64,000 bases of DNA from Candidatus Mediterraneibacter avicola (GTDB lineage: Bacteria; Bacillota; Clostridia; Lachnospirales; Lachnospiraceae): the NCBI GenBank assembly GCA_019115385.1, contig DXDR01000097.1:18694-82693 (forward strand), in the 5' to 3' direction. Both the position numbers and the translations under genes were made by a program. The notes under the pieces are model-generated. The model had not been told where the DNA came from. It was given only the letters and a program-made list of their open reading frames with translations, and ran no database searches. This document shows positions 10,025 to 18,777 of this stretch, in pieces. Every line of letters begins with the position of its first letter. Position 1 is the first letter of the stretch.

Positions 10025-10860
10025 TGGGGCGAAGAAAGATTAAAAAAGTATTGCTGTATTTGTGTATGGCCGGCGCTCTGTTTGTATTCCTGTTTCCCGT
10101 TGTGTGGGCGGTTATCTGTTCTTTCAAAAGCGAGATGGAAATAATCCGCTGGCCGCCGACATGGCTGCCGGAACATTTTACTCTTGAGAACTACCAGTAT
10201 ATGCTTGAAAATTATCCATTTTTAAAATGGACATTTAACAGTATAGTAACATCTGTATGTAGTACGCTTCTTATCCTGGTTTCAGCTTCCATGGCCGCGT
10301 ACGCATTTGCCCGGCTGGAGTTTACCGGGAAAAGGATCATTTATATTTTAATAGTAGGTATGCTGCTTCTTCCGATTCAGTCCTATATTATCCCGCTTTA
10401 TCTCTGGGTAAATAAGATGGGGATCAGGGATACGCTGGCTTCACTGGTTCTTGTGTCGGCGGCAAATGTGACAAGTGTATTTATATTAACTAATTTTTAT
10501 AAGACGATTCCCAAAGAACTTGAGGATGCCGCGCGGATAGACGGATGCACCCATTTTGGAATTTACTGGCGAATCGTACTCCCATTGTCGAAGGCAAGCA
10601 TGTCGTCAGTCGCAATTATTTCTTTTATTACAAGCTGGAACAGCTTCCTCTGGCCCATGCTGTCTCTTCGGACGGATAAATGGAAACCGCTTTCCGTAGG
10701 CGTTGGGACATATGTGGGATCATTTTTAAACAGCAACGGTTTTCAATATGGTCCGTCCCTGGCGGCGGCATGTATGGCCATTGTACCTACGGTACTTGTG
10801 TATCTTCTCCTGCAGAAGAATTTTATACAGGGGATATCAAATACGGGACTGAAAGGGTAG
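10021..10860 (+). CDS. Carbohydrate ABC transporter permease 2
   Basis: EAA-like ELEDAARIDGC, SWNSFLWP; overlaps the stop of permease 1 (GTGA). Confidence 0.93.
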   Translation: MMGRRKIKKVLLYLCMAGALFVFLFPVVWAVICSFKSEMEIIRWPPTWLPEHFTLENYQYMLENYPFLKWTFNSIVTSVCSTLLILVSASMAAYAFARLEFTGKRIIYILIVGMLLLPIQSYIIPLYLWVNKMGIRDTLASLVLVSAANVTSVFILTNFYKTIPKELEDAARIDGCTHFGIYWRIVLPLSKASMSSVAIISFITSWNSFLWPMLSLRTDKWKPLSVGVGTYVGSFLNSNGFQYGPSLAAACMAIVPTVLVYLLLQKNFIQGISNTGLKG

Positions 10861-10936
10861 AAAAACATAAGGAGTTCCCCGTCGGCGACGGGGGCAAAAT
10901 GGAAAATAAAACAGAGATATGTCTGCGCTTTGAAAT

Positions 10937-10976
10937 AAAAAAGGACATGCCGCAAATCCGCTCATGTCCTTTCTTT
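10937..10976. terminator. Bidirectional terminator between the ABC operon and the tRNA
   Basis: AAAAAAGGACATG...CATGTCCTTTCTTT. Confidence 0.75.
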
Positions 10977-10981
10977 ATGCA

Positions 10982-11055
10982 CGTGCGATAGAAGATTCGA
11001 ACTCCCGACCTTCTGGTCCGTAGCCAGACGCTCTATCCAGCTGAGCTAATCGCAC
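10982..11055 (-). tRNA. tRNA-Arg (anticodon ACG), CCA not encoded
   Basis: Reverse complement GTGCGATTAGCTCAGCTGGATAGAGCGTCTGGCTACGGACCAGAAGGTCGGGAGTTCGAATCTTCTATCGCACG: 7-bp acceptor stem, D-loop, CT-ACG-GA anticodon loop, GTTCGAAT T-loop. Confidence 0.97.
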
Positions 11056-11087
11056 TTATGAATGCTGTTTCGTCCACAGCAGAAATA

Positions 11088-11116
11088 ATTATAGTATATA
11101 TTTTGAGAAACGTCAA
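11088..11116 (-). promoter_or_regulatory. sigma-A promoter of the tRNA
   Basis: TTGACG-17 bp-TATAAT on the minus strand, about 30 nt upstream of the tRNA. Confidence 0.8.
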
Positions 11117-11295
11117 GCAAAAAATAGATTTTTACAAAAAAAGTGGTGTGAGGGCGCCGGGATCAGGGGATAAAACGGCCTTGTTTTTCCTTTCGTATGT
11201 TGCTACAATGACAGAAGATACAGTCTTTCATGAATTTACGGTCAGAAAAGCATACCGTGATTCACATGACTTTTGAGAAGGGAGATGAGATCACT

Positions 11296-12708
11296 ATGGA
11301 AAACAGTGAGCGCACCGACATGAAGAGGATTCTGGAAAAGCAGAAACGGTTTTTTTCCAGAGGCGTTACAAAAGATATCTCTTTTCGGAAAAAGGCTCTG
11401 AAACATCTGAAAAGGGCGATCCGCTGTTATGAAGAGGACCTGGAACACGCCCTGAACCTGGATCTGGGAAAACATAAGGCAGAGGCTTATATGACGGAGA
11501 TCGGATTTGTGCTTGCAGGGATCTCTCAGGCAGTCCGCAATCTGGAAAAGTGGGCGGAGGAAGAGAACGTGCTGACGCCCGTCTATATGCAGCCGGGAAG
11601 GAGCCGGATAAGGAAGGAGCCATACGGCAGTGTTCTGGTGATCGGACCTTATAATTACCCGTTCCAGCTTCTGATGGAGCCGCTTGTAGGAGCGATCGCA
11701 GCGGGCAACTGTGCTGTTGTGCGGACGTCGAAGCAGACGCCCCACACCTCGGAGGCGATACGCCGTATGCTGGTACACGCATTCCGGCCGGAATATATAT
11801 ACTGCGCTGCGGGGGACGAGGTGGACAGCCAGGAACTTTTGAACCAGAGGTTTGACTATATTTTTTTTACAGGAAGTCCCCGTGTAGGGAGACTTGTTAT
11901 GAAAGCGGCGGCAGATAACCTGATACCGGTGACCCTGGAACTGGGAGGAAAGAGTCCGGTTATCGTAGATAAGACCGCAGATATCCCCACGGCGGCCAGA
12001 CGGATCATGTGGGGTAAACTCCTCAATGCGGGGCAGACATGCGTCGCGCCGGATTATATCCTGGCGGATGCATCTGTCATTGACAGGCTCATCGGGAGTC
12101 TGAAGGATGCGTCAGAAGAACTGTACGGGAAAAATATCGTGCGGAATCCGGATTATGGGAGAATTGTAAACCAGAAACACTATACCAGGCTGGCCGGGAT
12201 CCTGGAGGCGGACAGGGAATGGATCGTATACGGCGGGGAAAAGTCGGAAAAGCTCCGTTTTATCGGTCCCGCGATCCTGAATCTGGGCCCGGTATCGGGG
12301 GAGGCGCAGGAACGGGCCGCCTCTATGCAGGAGGAATTGTTCGGGCCGGTTCTGCCTGTGCTGGCATATGACAGACTGCAGGAGGCTCTGGACTTTATCA
12401 ATGAGAGAGAGCGGCCTCTGGCGCTGTACCTGTTTACGGAAGACAGGGATACAAGAGACCGGGTGCTGGAGCATACCTGCTCCGGGGGCGTATGTGTAAA
12501 CGATACGGTAGAACATCTTGTGAATCACAGACTTCCTTTCGGCGGAATTGGAAATTCCGGCATGGGCCGGTATCATGGCAGATATGGGTTTGATACATTT
12601 ACTCATCTGCGGGCTGTATACGAAAAGCCGCCGGGGCGCGGCATGACTCCGGGGTATCCGCCCTACAGTGAGACAAAGCTGAAGCTGATCAGGAAATTTT
12701 TGAGATAA
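11296..12708 (+). CDS. NAD(P)-dependent aldehyde dehydrogenase (ALDH3/YwdH-like)
   Basis: LELGGKSP, NAGQTCVAPDY (catalytic Cys), EELFGP, PFGGIGNSG. Confidence 0.93.
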   Translation: MENSERTDMKRILEKQKRFFSRGVTKDISFRKKALKHLKRAIRCYEEDLEHALNLDLGKHKAEAYMTEIGFVLAGISQAVRNLEKWAEEENVLTPVYMQPGRSRIRKEPYGSVLVIGPYNYPFQLLMEPLVGAIAAGNCAVVRTSKQTPHTSEAIRRMLVHAFRPEYIYCAAGDEVDSQELLNQRFDYIFFTGSPRVGRLVMKAAADNLIPVTLELGGKSPVIVDKTADIPTAARRIMWGKLLNAGQTCVAPDYILADASVIDRLIGSLKDASEELYGKNIVRNPDYGRIVNQKHYTRLAGILEADREWIVYGGEKSEKLRFIGPAILNLGPVSGEAQERAASMQEELFGPVLPVLAYDRLQEALDFINERERPLALYLFTEDRDTRDRVLEHTCSGGVCVNDTVEHLVNHRLPFGGIGNSGMGRYHGRYGFDTFTHLRAVYEKPPGRGMTPGYPPYSETKLKLIRKFLR

Positions 12709-12741
12709 TGTGGTTCCGCATAACGGACGAGATTAATAAAG

Positions 12742-12778
12742 AAAGCACGGACTTCTGTCAGATGAGTCCGTGCTTTTT
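12742..12778. terminator. Bidirectional terminator between convergent genes
   Basis: AAAGCACGGACT...AGTCCGTGCTTTTT. Confidence 0.75.
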
Positions 12779-13549
12779 GCAGTAATAGTAGACCCCATCT
12801 TCCGCTGCGCTGCCGCAGACGTCGTCTGCAGCGGATTTTACGATGTCTGATGCATTTCCCATGGCAACGCCGGTTCCCACAGTTTTCAGCATCTCTATAT
12901 CGTTGGCGCCGTCTCCGAATGCGATCGCCTGCTCCTTTGTCAGACAATAGTAATCCAGTACCTTTTCTATGCCAAAGCCTTTGCTTCCGGTAGCTGATAT
13001 GACATCCGCAGCCCGGGACCACCAGGCCGTGATCTTTGCTCCCTGCACTCCTTCCAGAATGATGGGGTACTCTTCCTCCCGGCAGCCTAACATGATCTGG
13101 AATATTTCTTCTCTGGACAGTTCGTCAAAGTCATCTGCGATAACCAGATCATGCCCGGAGATAGCATAGTAATCTTCCAGATCTTTGTCGCTTCCGTTTG
13201 CTCCCATGCGCGAGGCTCCGGCAACAGCTACAGGGCGGTTGATCTTACCTGCATTCCGGATAACTGTCTGTACATCGGCAGGCGGGATAGGATTGCGGAA
13301 GATCACTTCGTCATCCGTGTAGCAGTATGATGCATTGAATGTCAGATTGGCGTCAAAATCAATGCCCGGAAACCGGGGAAGAATAGACGGGGGCCGTCCC
13401 GTAGCAAGACAGATTTTGACCCCTTTTTCTTTCAGGCGGATCAGTGCCTCCGCCGTTTTGGTGGTGATCTGCTTTCTGCCGATATCGATCAGCGTACCGT
13501 CTATATCGAAAAAGGCGATTCGAATGTCCTTAAAATTATCTGAAGTCAT
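12758..13549 (-). CDS. Cof-type HAD-IIB hydrolase
   Basis: FFDIDGTL, LATGR, SKG, AFGDGANDIEML motifs. Confidence 0.92.
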   Translation of the reverse strand: MTSDNFKDIRIAFFDIDGTLIDIGRKQITTKTAEALIRLKEKGVKICLATGRPPSILPRFPGIDFDANLTFNASYCYTDDEVIFRNPIPPADVQTVIRNAGKINRPVAVAGASRMGANGSDKDLEDYYAISGHDLVIADDFDELSREEIFQIMLGCREEEYPIILEGVQGAKITAWWSRAADVISATGSKGFGIEKVLDYYCLTKEQAIAFGDGANDIEMLKTVGTGVAMGNASDIVKSAADDVCGSAAEDGVYYYCKKHGLI

Positions 13550-13690
13550 GTCAGCCTCCTGTTTAATTCGTTAATTCAGAGATTCTATCTGATACATCAG
13601 GATGCCGGGGGCAAAAGGTGTCTCAGCCCTGGCATCACATCATAAGTATAACATCAGATAAGGGATGCTGCTACAAATTTTCAAAAACGG

Positions 13691-13719
13691 TTGACAAATA
13701 TAGAAACATAGTGCACTAT
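13691..13719 (+). promoter_or_regulatory. Promoter with overlapping palindromic operator for the GntR-ABC operon
   Basis: TTGACA at 13691; perfect palindrome ATAGTGCACTAT (13708-13719) covering the expected -10 position. Confidence 0.55.
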
Positions 13720-13764
13720 TTAACTATGTCACTAGTACGCTACTGTAGTAAAAGGAGGGATGGC

Positions 13765-14127
13765 ATGGAATATAATCCGAACGCTCCCATATATATGCAG
13801 GTTATACGGGAACTGAAAAAACTGATGATAAAGGGAGAGTTAAAACCTGGCCAGAAGATGCCGTCAAACCGGGACCTGGCTGTGCTTTTTAAAGTCAATC
13901 AGAATACAGCGGCAAGAGTATACAAGGAGATGGAAAATGAAGGCTGCTGCTATACAAGGCGGGGAATCGGGACATTTGTCTCAGAGGAGGAAGAGATGAT
14001 CGAGAATCTAAAAAAGGAAATGGCAGATGAACTTCTCAGAAACTTTATACAGGAGATGAAAGATCTGGGTTTTCAGAAGGATGACATTATATTTCAGATT
14101 GCAGATTATAAGGAGGAACAGGAATGA
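13765..14127 (+). CDS. GntR-family (YtrA subfamily) regulator
   Basis: AGGAGG RBS; PIYMQV...PSNRDLAVLFKVNQNTAARVYKEME...RRGIGTFV; short C-terminal domain. Confidence 0.92.
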   Translation: MEYNPNAPIYMQVIRELKKLMIKGELKPGQKMPSNRDLAVLFKVNQNTAARVYKEMENEGCCYTRRGIGTFVSEEEEMIENLKKEMADELLRNFIQEMKDLGFQKDDIIFQIADYKEEQE

Positions 14128-14810
14128 TACTGGAATGCAGGAATCTGACAAAATCATACAGGGGAAAAAGAGCGGTTTCTAATCTGAATGTCCGCCTCGA
14201 GGAGGGGAAGATTTACGGGCTGCTGGGGGAGAACGGAAGCGGCAAGACTACGTGGATGAAAATGATGGCCGGGCTTGCAAAGCCTTCTCAGGGAGAGATA
14301 TTCTATAACGGCCATCCGCTGAATTACATGGACAAAAATGAGATTGCATATATGGCGACAGAGTCTTTTTATTATGACTATATGAAAGTCTCGGATGTAG
14401 AAAAATATTACGCAGATTTTTTTCAGGACTTTAACCCTCAGAAATTTAAGGAGCTTATCGCAAGGTTTGGCCTTGACGGGCAGATGAAAGCGCGAAATCT
14501 GTCCAGCGGAATGAACGCAAAGCTCAGGATCGCGGCTACTCTGGCAAGGGACGCGAAACTCTGTATGCTGGACGAACCGCTTAACGGAGTGGATTACAAG
14601 GCGAGGGAGGACATTATCTCGATCATAGTGGAAGAAGCGGACGAAAACAGGACGTTTGTAATATCTACCCATTTGATAGAAGAAGTGGAGAGCTTTGTGG
14701 AAAAGGCTATATTTATTAAAAACGGCGAACTGATCAAACTTGTGGATCTGGAGCAGGAACGGGCAGCGGGCGGACGGTCGCTGGCTGAGATTTATATATC
14801 GGTTATGTAA
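14124..14810 (+). CDS. ABC transporter ATP-binding protein
   Basis: GENGSGKTT, LSSGM, LDEP, STH. Confidence 0.93.
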   Translation: MILECRNLTKSYRGKRAVSNLNVRLEEGKIYGLLGENGSGKTTWMKMMAGLAKPSQGEIFYNGHPLNYMDKNEIAYMATESFYYDYMKVSDVEKYYADFFQDFNPQKFKELIARFGLDGQMKARNLSSGMNAKLRIAATLARDAKLCMLDEPLNGVDYKAREDIISIIVEEADENRTFVISTHLIEEVESFVEKAIFIKNGELIKLVDLEQERAAGGRSLAEIYISVM

Positions 14811-14821
14811 GGAGGAGAAAA

Positions 14822-15577
14822 ATGTTAAAACTTGTGAAATATGAATGGAAAAAGCAGCGCACATCAAGGCTGGTGATCCTCGGGCTGCTGGCAGCAGGGC
14901 TGATCGCTTTTTGGGGAGGCATTCTGTTTAGGAACGATACAGTTACGGTCCTGAGTCTGGCTTTTCTGTATACCTTTGCAGTGATGGTGCTCTTTTATAC
15001 AGGTGTGGAAAGTGTTCTGGTCTTTAACAGAGATCTTCGGACGAAGCAAAGTTATATGCTTTTTATGGTTCCCAAGTCCATATGGCAGATACTGGGAGCA
15101 AAATTTGTATCAGCTATCCTTCAGATGCTGTTTGTGTTTGCCCTGTTTTTTACGGCGGGATGCCTGAGTCTGGCAGCGGCCATCTGGCACTCGGGAAAGA
15201 TAGAGGCATTTGTACAATTCGCTGAAGATTTAATCCAGGCATTTACGGAACACCAGTTTGACTGGATGGTTCTGGTCGAGGCGGCGTTTATCCTCTTCCT
15301 TGGCTGGGTACTGATCATTATGATCGGATTCCTGGCAGTGATCCTCGCCCGGACTGTACTGGCGAAGTCCAGATTTGCCGGACTGTTTGCATTCATCCTT
15401 TTCTTTCTTATTAATGTGGCCGTGGAGTGGGGATTCCGGTTCTCTGATCTGCTGCCGGACGTGGCAGGAAAAGGGTATTTCGGCTGGGATATCTGGAACA
15501 TTCTTTACTATATTGTTGCCTGCGGAGGTCTGTTTCTAGTATCCGGATGGCTTGCGGACAGAAAACTGAGTGTGTGA
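14822..15577 (+). CDS. ABC-2-type permease
   Basis: About 6 TM segments, follows the ATPase with its own GGAG RBS. Confidence 0.8.
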   Translation: MLKLVKYEWKKQRTSRLVILGLLAAGLIAFWGGILFRNDTVTVLSLAFLYTFAVMVLFYTGVESVLVFNRDLRTKQSYMLFMVPKSIWQILGAKFVSAILQMLFVFALFFTAGCLSLAAAIWHSGKIEAFVQFAEDLIQAFTEHQFDWMVLVEAAFILFLGWVLIIMIGFLAVILARTVLAKSRFAGLFAFILFFLINVAVEWGFRFSDLLPDVAGKGYFGWDIWNILYYIVACGGLFLVSGWLADRKLSV

Positions 15578-15710
15578 ACCGCAGAATTTTTTACTTGGAA
15601 TTTTGAGTGTCCTTTCGGTAAAATTTATGGTAGAATGATAAGAAACGGGCGGAAAGCAGTTCTGTTTTCCGCCCGTTTCTTAATGAAAGACAAAGAGAGG
15701 AATCAGAAAT

Positions 15711-17861
15711 ATGGACATAAATCAGAAACTGACAGAAGAACTCGGGGTAAAACGCTGGCAGATCGACGCAGCGGTGAAGCTGATCGATGAGGGAAACACG
15801 ATCCCTTTTATTTCCAGATATAGAAAAGAGGCGACCGGATCGCTAAATGATGAGCAGCTCAGGAAGCTTCATGAACGTCTTTTATATCTGCGCAGTCTGG
15901 AGGATAAGAAAGAACAGGTGCTCTCCAGCATTGAAGAGCAGGGAAAGCTGACAGAGGAGTTAAAAGCTCAGATTCTTGCGGCTGAGGCGCTGGTTACAGT
16001 GGAGGATCTGTACCGGCCCTATCGTCCGAAGAGAAGGACCCGCGCGACGATCGCAAAAGAAAGGGGGCTGGAGCCGCTGGCGGCGCTGATCATGCTCCAG
16101 AAAACAGAAGAGCCGCTTGAAGAGGCGGCCCGGCAGTATGTCTCAGAAGAAAAAGAGGTGGGAACAGCAGAGGAAGCTATAGCGGGGGCACAGGATATCA
16201 TAGCAGAGTACATTTCAGATAATGCAGATTACAGAACCTGGATCCGCCGGATGACACTGAAGAAAGGGAAAGTGGTGTCTGCGGCAAAGGATCCCGAAGC
16301 GGAATCTGTATATGAGATGTACTATGAATTTGAAGAGCCTGTTTCCAGACTTGCGGGGCACCGGGTGCTTGCGTTAAACCGGGGCGAAAAGGAAAAAGTT
16401 CTGACTGTGAAGATAGAAGCGCCGGAGGAGGATATCCTTGCCTATCTTGAGCGGAAAACGCTTCGGGGAGATAATCCGAACACTGCATCGGTGCTGAAAG
16501 AGGCGGTAAAAGACAGCTATCACAGGCTGATCGCTCCGGCGATCGAAAGAGAGATCCGCAGCGAGCTGACGGAAAAGGCGGAGGATGGCGCGATACAGGT
16601 ATTTGGCAAAAATCTGCAGCAGCTTCTTATGCAGCCTCCGGTGGCGGGCAGAGTCGTGCTGGGCTGGGATCCGGCCTTTCGGACAGGCTGTAAGCTGGCT
16701 GTGGTAGATCCCACCGGGAAGGTGATCGGGACGACGGTTATTTATCCCACAGCTCCCACTACGCCCCAGAAGATCAAGGCAAGCAAAGACCTGCTCAAAA
16801 AAATCATACCGAAATACAATATTTCTCTGATTTCACTCGGAAACGGCACCGCCTCCCGGGAATCAGAGCAGTTTATCGTTGAACTGTTAAAAGAGATACC
16901 GGAGAAGGTACAGTACGTGATCGTAAACGAAGCGGGAGCTTCTGTCTACTCTGCCAGCAAGCTGGCCAGCGAGGAGTTTCCGAAGTTTGACGTGGGACAG
17001 AGAAGCGCGGCATCTATTGCCAGACGGCTTCAGGATCCGCTGGCTGAGCTGGTGAAGATCGATCCCAGATCTATCGGTGTGGGGCAGTACCAGCATGATA
17101 TGAACCAGAAAAAGCTGAGTGAATCGCTGGGCGGAGTAGTAGAAGACTGTGTAAACAAGGTTGGCGTGGATCTGAATACGGCGTCGGCGCCGCTTTTATC
17201 CTATATCTCAGGTATCAGTGGTGCAATCGCCAAAAATATCGTGGCGTACCGGGAGGAAAACGGAAGGTTTACCAGCCGCAGGGAACTTCTGAAAGTGCCG
17301 AAATTGGGGCCGAAGGCTTTCGAGCAGTGTGCCGGGTTTATGAGGATTCAGAACGGCAGCAATCCGCTGGATGCAACGGGCGTGCACCCGGAGTCCTATG
17401 ATGCGGCGGAACGTCTTCTTAAGAAGCAGGGATTTGGCCCGGAGGATATCAAAGAACACCGTCTGGCCGGCCTGTCTCTGACTATACGCGATTATAAAAA
17501 AACTGCGGAAGAACTGGGCGTCGGGGAGATCACTCTCCGTGATATCGTAAAAGAACTGGAAAAGCCGGGCCGTGATCCACGCGAGGAAATGCCCCGCCCG
17601 ATCCTGCGGACAGACGTGCTTGATATGAAAGATCTGAAAGAAGGAATGGTGCTCAAGGGAACCGTGCGTAATGTGATTGATTTTGGGGCGTTTGTGGATA
17701 TCGGCGTCCACCAGGACGGGCTGGTGCACATTTCCGAGATGACAGAGAAATATATCCGCCATCCGCTGGAAGCTGTAAGCGTGGGGGACATTGTGGACGT
17801 GAAGGTACTCAGCGTGGATCTGAAGCGAAAGAGGATCCAGCTTACAATGAAGGGAATATAA
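15711..17861 (+). CDS. tex: Tex/YhgF RNA-binding transcription accessory protein
   Basis: EGNTIPFISRYRKEATG, YqgF-like domain LGWDPAFRTGCK, HhH repeats, C-terminal S1 domain (GTVRNVIDFGAFVDIGVHQDGLVHIS). Confidence 0.95.
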   Translation: MDINQKLTEELGVKRWQIDAAVKLIDEGNTIPFISRYRKEATGSLNDEQLRKLHERLLYLRSLEDKKEQVLSSIEEQGKLTEELKAQILAAEALVTVEDLYRPYRPKRRTRATIAKERGLEPLAALIMLQKTEEPLEEAARQYVSEEKEVGTAEEAIAGAQDIIAEYISDNADYRTWIRRMTLKKGKVVSAAKDPEAESVYEMYYEFEEPVSRLAGHRVLALNRGEKEKVLTVKIEAPEEDILAYLERKTLRGDNPNTASVLKEAVKDSYHRLIAPAIEREIRSELTEKAEDGAIQVFGKNLQQLLMQPPVAGRVVLGWDPAFRTGCKLAVVDPTGKVIGTTVIYPTAPTTPQKIKASKDLLKKIIPKYNISLISLGNGTASRESEQFIVELLKEIPEKVQYVIVNEAGASVYSASKLASEEFPKFDVGQRSAASIARRLQDPLAELVKIDPRSIGVGQYQHDMNQKKLSESLGGVVEDCVNKVGVDLNTASAPLLSYISGISGAIAKNIVAYREENGRFTSRRELLKVPKLGPKAFEQCAGFMRIQNGSNPLDATGVHPESYDAAERLLKKQGFGPEDIKEHRLAGLSLTIRDYKKTAEELGVGEITLRDIVKELEKPGRDPREEMPRPILRTDVLDMKDLKEGMVLKGTVRNVIDFGAFVDIGVHQDGLVHISEMTEKYIRHPLEAVSVGDIVDVKVLSVDLKRKRIQLTMKGI

Positions 17862-17883
17862 ACAAAATAATATCCTTTTACAG

Positions 17884-17941
17884 AAAAGACAGCCGCCTTT
17901 TCTTTCAGCATTGATCTGCCGGAAGAAAAGGCGGCTGTTTT
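17884..17941. terminator. Bidirectional terminator
   Basis: ACAGCCGCCTTTTCTT...AAGAAAAGGCGGCTGT 16-bp stem with A/T flanks. Confidence 0.8.
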
Positions 17942-17951
17942 ACAGGCTGTT

Positions 17952-18584
17952 TCATACGGGCTGGATCAGAGGAGCAAGTCCGGAGGGATGTTCCGGATAG
18001 TAAGTTGCCTCTATTTTTCTGTCCAGCGTGCCCCATACGGCAAGTGCGCTGTCCGTGCCCGCCCGTTTTGCACATTCCATGTCCTGGGCGCTGTCTCCAA
18101 CATAGAGGACTTCAGACGGTTTTGCACCCGCTTTCTCCATGTATTTGAGGAGAGGCGCGGGAGACGGCTTATGTTCCGGGCTGTCGTCCGCGCAGATGAT
18201 CACGGGGAAAAAGTTTTTCAGGGAAAAAGGACGAAAAACCAGTTCCAGTTCGCTGTGGGTCCGGGAGGTGACGATCCCCAGTTTTGCTCCTGCCTGTTTC
18301 AGATTCGAGATCAGTTCTTCAATACCGGGAAATGGACGGATAAGGTTCAGGCAGTCTTCCTCTTTTTTTACCCACATTTCTATTATGGAAGGGATGAGTT
18401 CTTCTTTTACGGACAGACGGCGAAGGACATTTTCACTGGTCAGTCCCAGTGCAAACCGGAGTTCATCTATTTCCGGCGCATGGCCGCTGACTGTCTCCAG
18501 TGTCTCCTTCAGAGCCTCAAGTATACACTGTGCCGTATCAAGAAGTGTTCCGTCTACATCAAAAACAATATGTGTGTATTTCAT
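17952..18584 (-). CDS. HAD-IA family hydrolase (phosphoglycolate-phosphatase-like)
   Basis: VFDVDGTLLDT, IVTS, HKPSP, YVGDSAQD; start reset to MKYTH (18584) behind a GGAG RBS. Confidence 0.9.
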   Translation of the reverse strand: MKYTHIVFDVDGTLLDTAQCILEALKETLETVSGHAPEIDELRFALGLTSENVLRRLSVKEELIPSIIEMWVKKEEDCLNLIRPFPGIEELISNLKQAGAKLGIVTSRTHSELELVFRPFSLKNFFPVIICADDSPEHKPSPAPLLKYMEKAGAKPSEVLYVGDSAQDMECAKRAGTDSALAVWGTLDRKIEATYYPEHPSGLAPLIQPV

Positions 18585-18672
18585 AATAAACTCCGTTCTG
18601 CCGCCAGAGTGCGGCGGCTGTTTCATCTCATGACAAGTATATCACAGGAATGCATTGAGTTGGAGTGGGTGT

Positions 18673-18695
18673 GGTTATAGAATAAAGCTATAACC
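18673..18695. promoter_or_regulatory. LysR-type operator (MetR/MtaR/CmbR-like box) upstream of metY
   Basis: GGTTATAG-N7-CTATAACC; the core TATAG-N7-CTATA has the 17-bp geometry of streptococcal MET boxes. Confidence 0.65.
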
Positions 18696-18777
18696 GGATA
18701 TTTCTTTTGCATATTAGCTGAAAGCGGGATCGTATGCTAGGATAAACCCAGCAGCTGGAAAACAGGAGGAAATTGCC

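Noticed and set aside
10899-10991. Short ORF MENKTEIC... after the permease
   Set aside because: It runs through the terminator into the tRNA and has no homology cues
4700-11055. Integrative island at the tRNA-Arg 3' end
   Set aside because: The catabolic cluster abuts the tRNA 3' end, but I found no integrase and no duplicated tRNA 3' sequence (att) in the window
11296-12708. ALDH as part of the aldolase pathway
   Set aside because: Chemically attractive, but it is separated by a terminator and an oppositely transcribed tRNA and has its own upstream region; no sequence evidence of co-regulation
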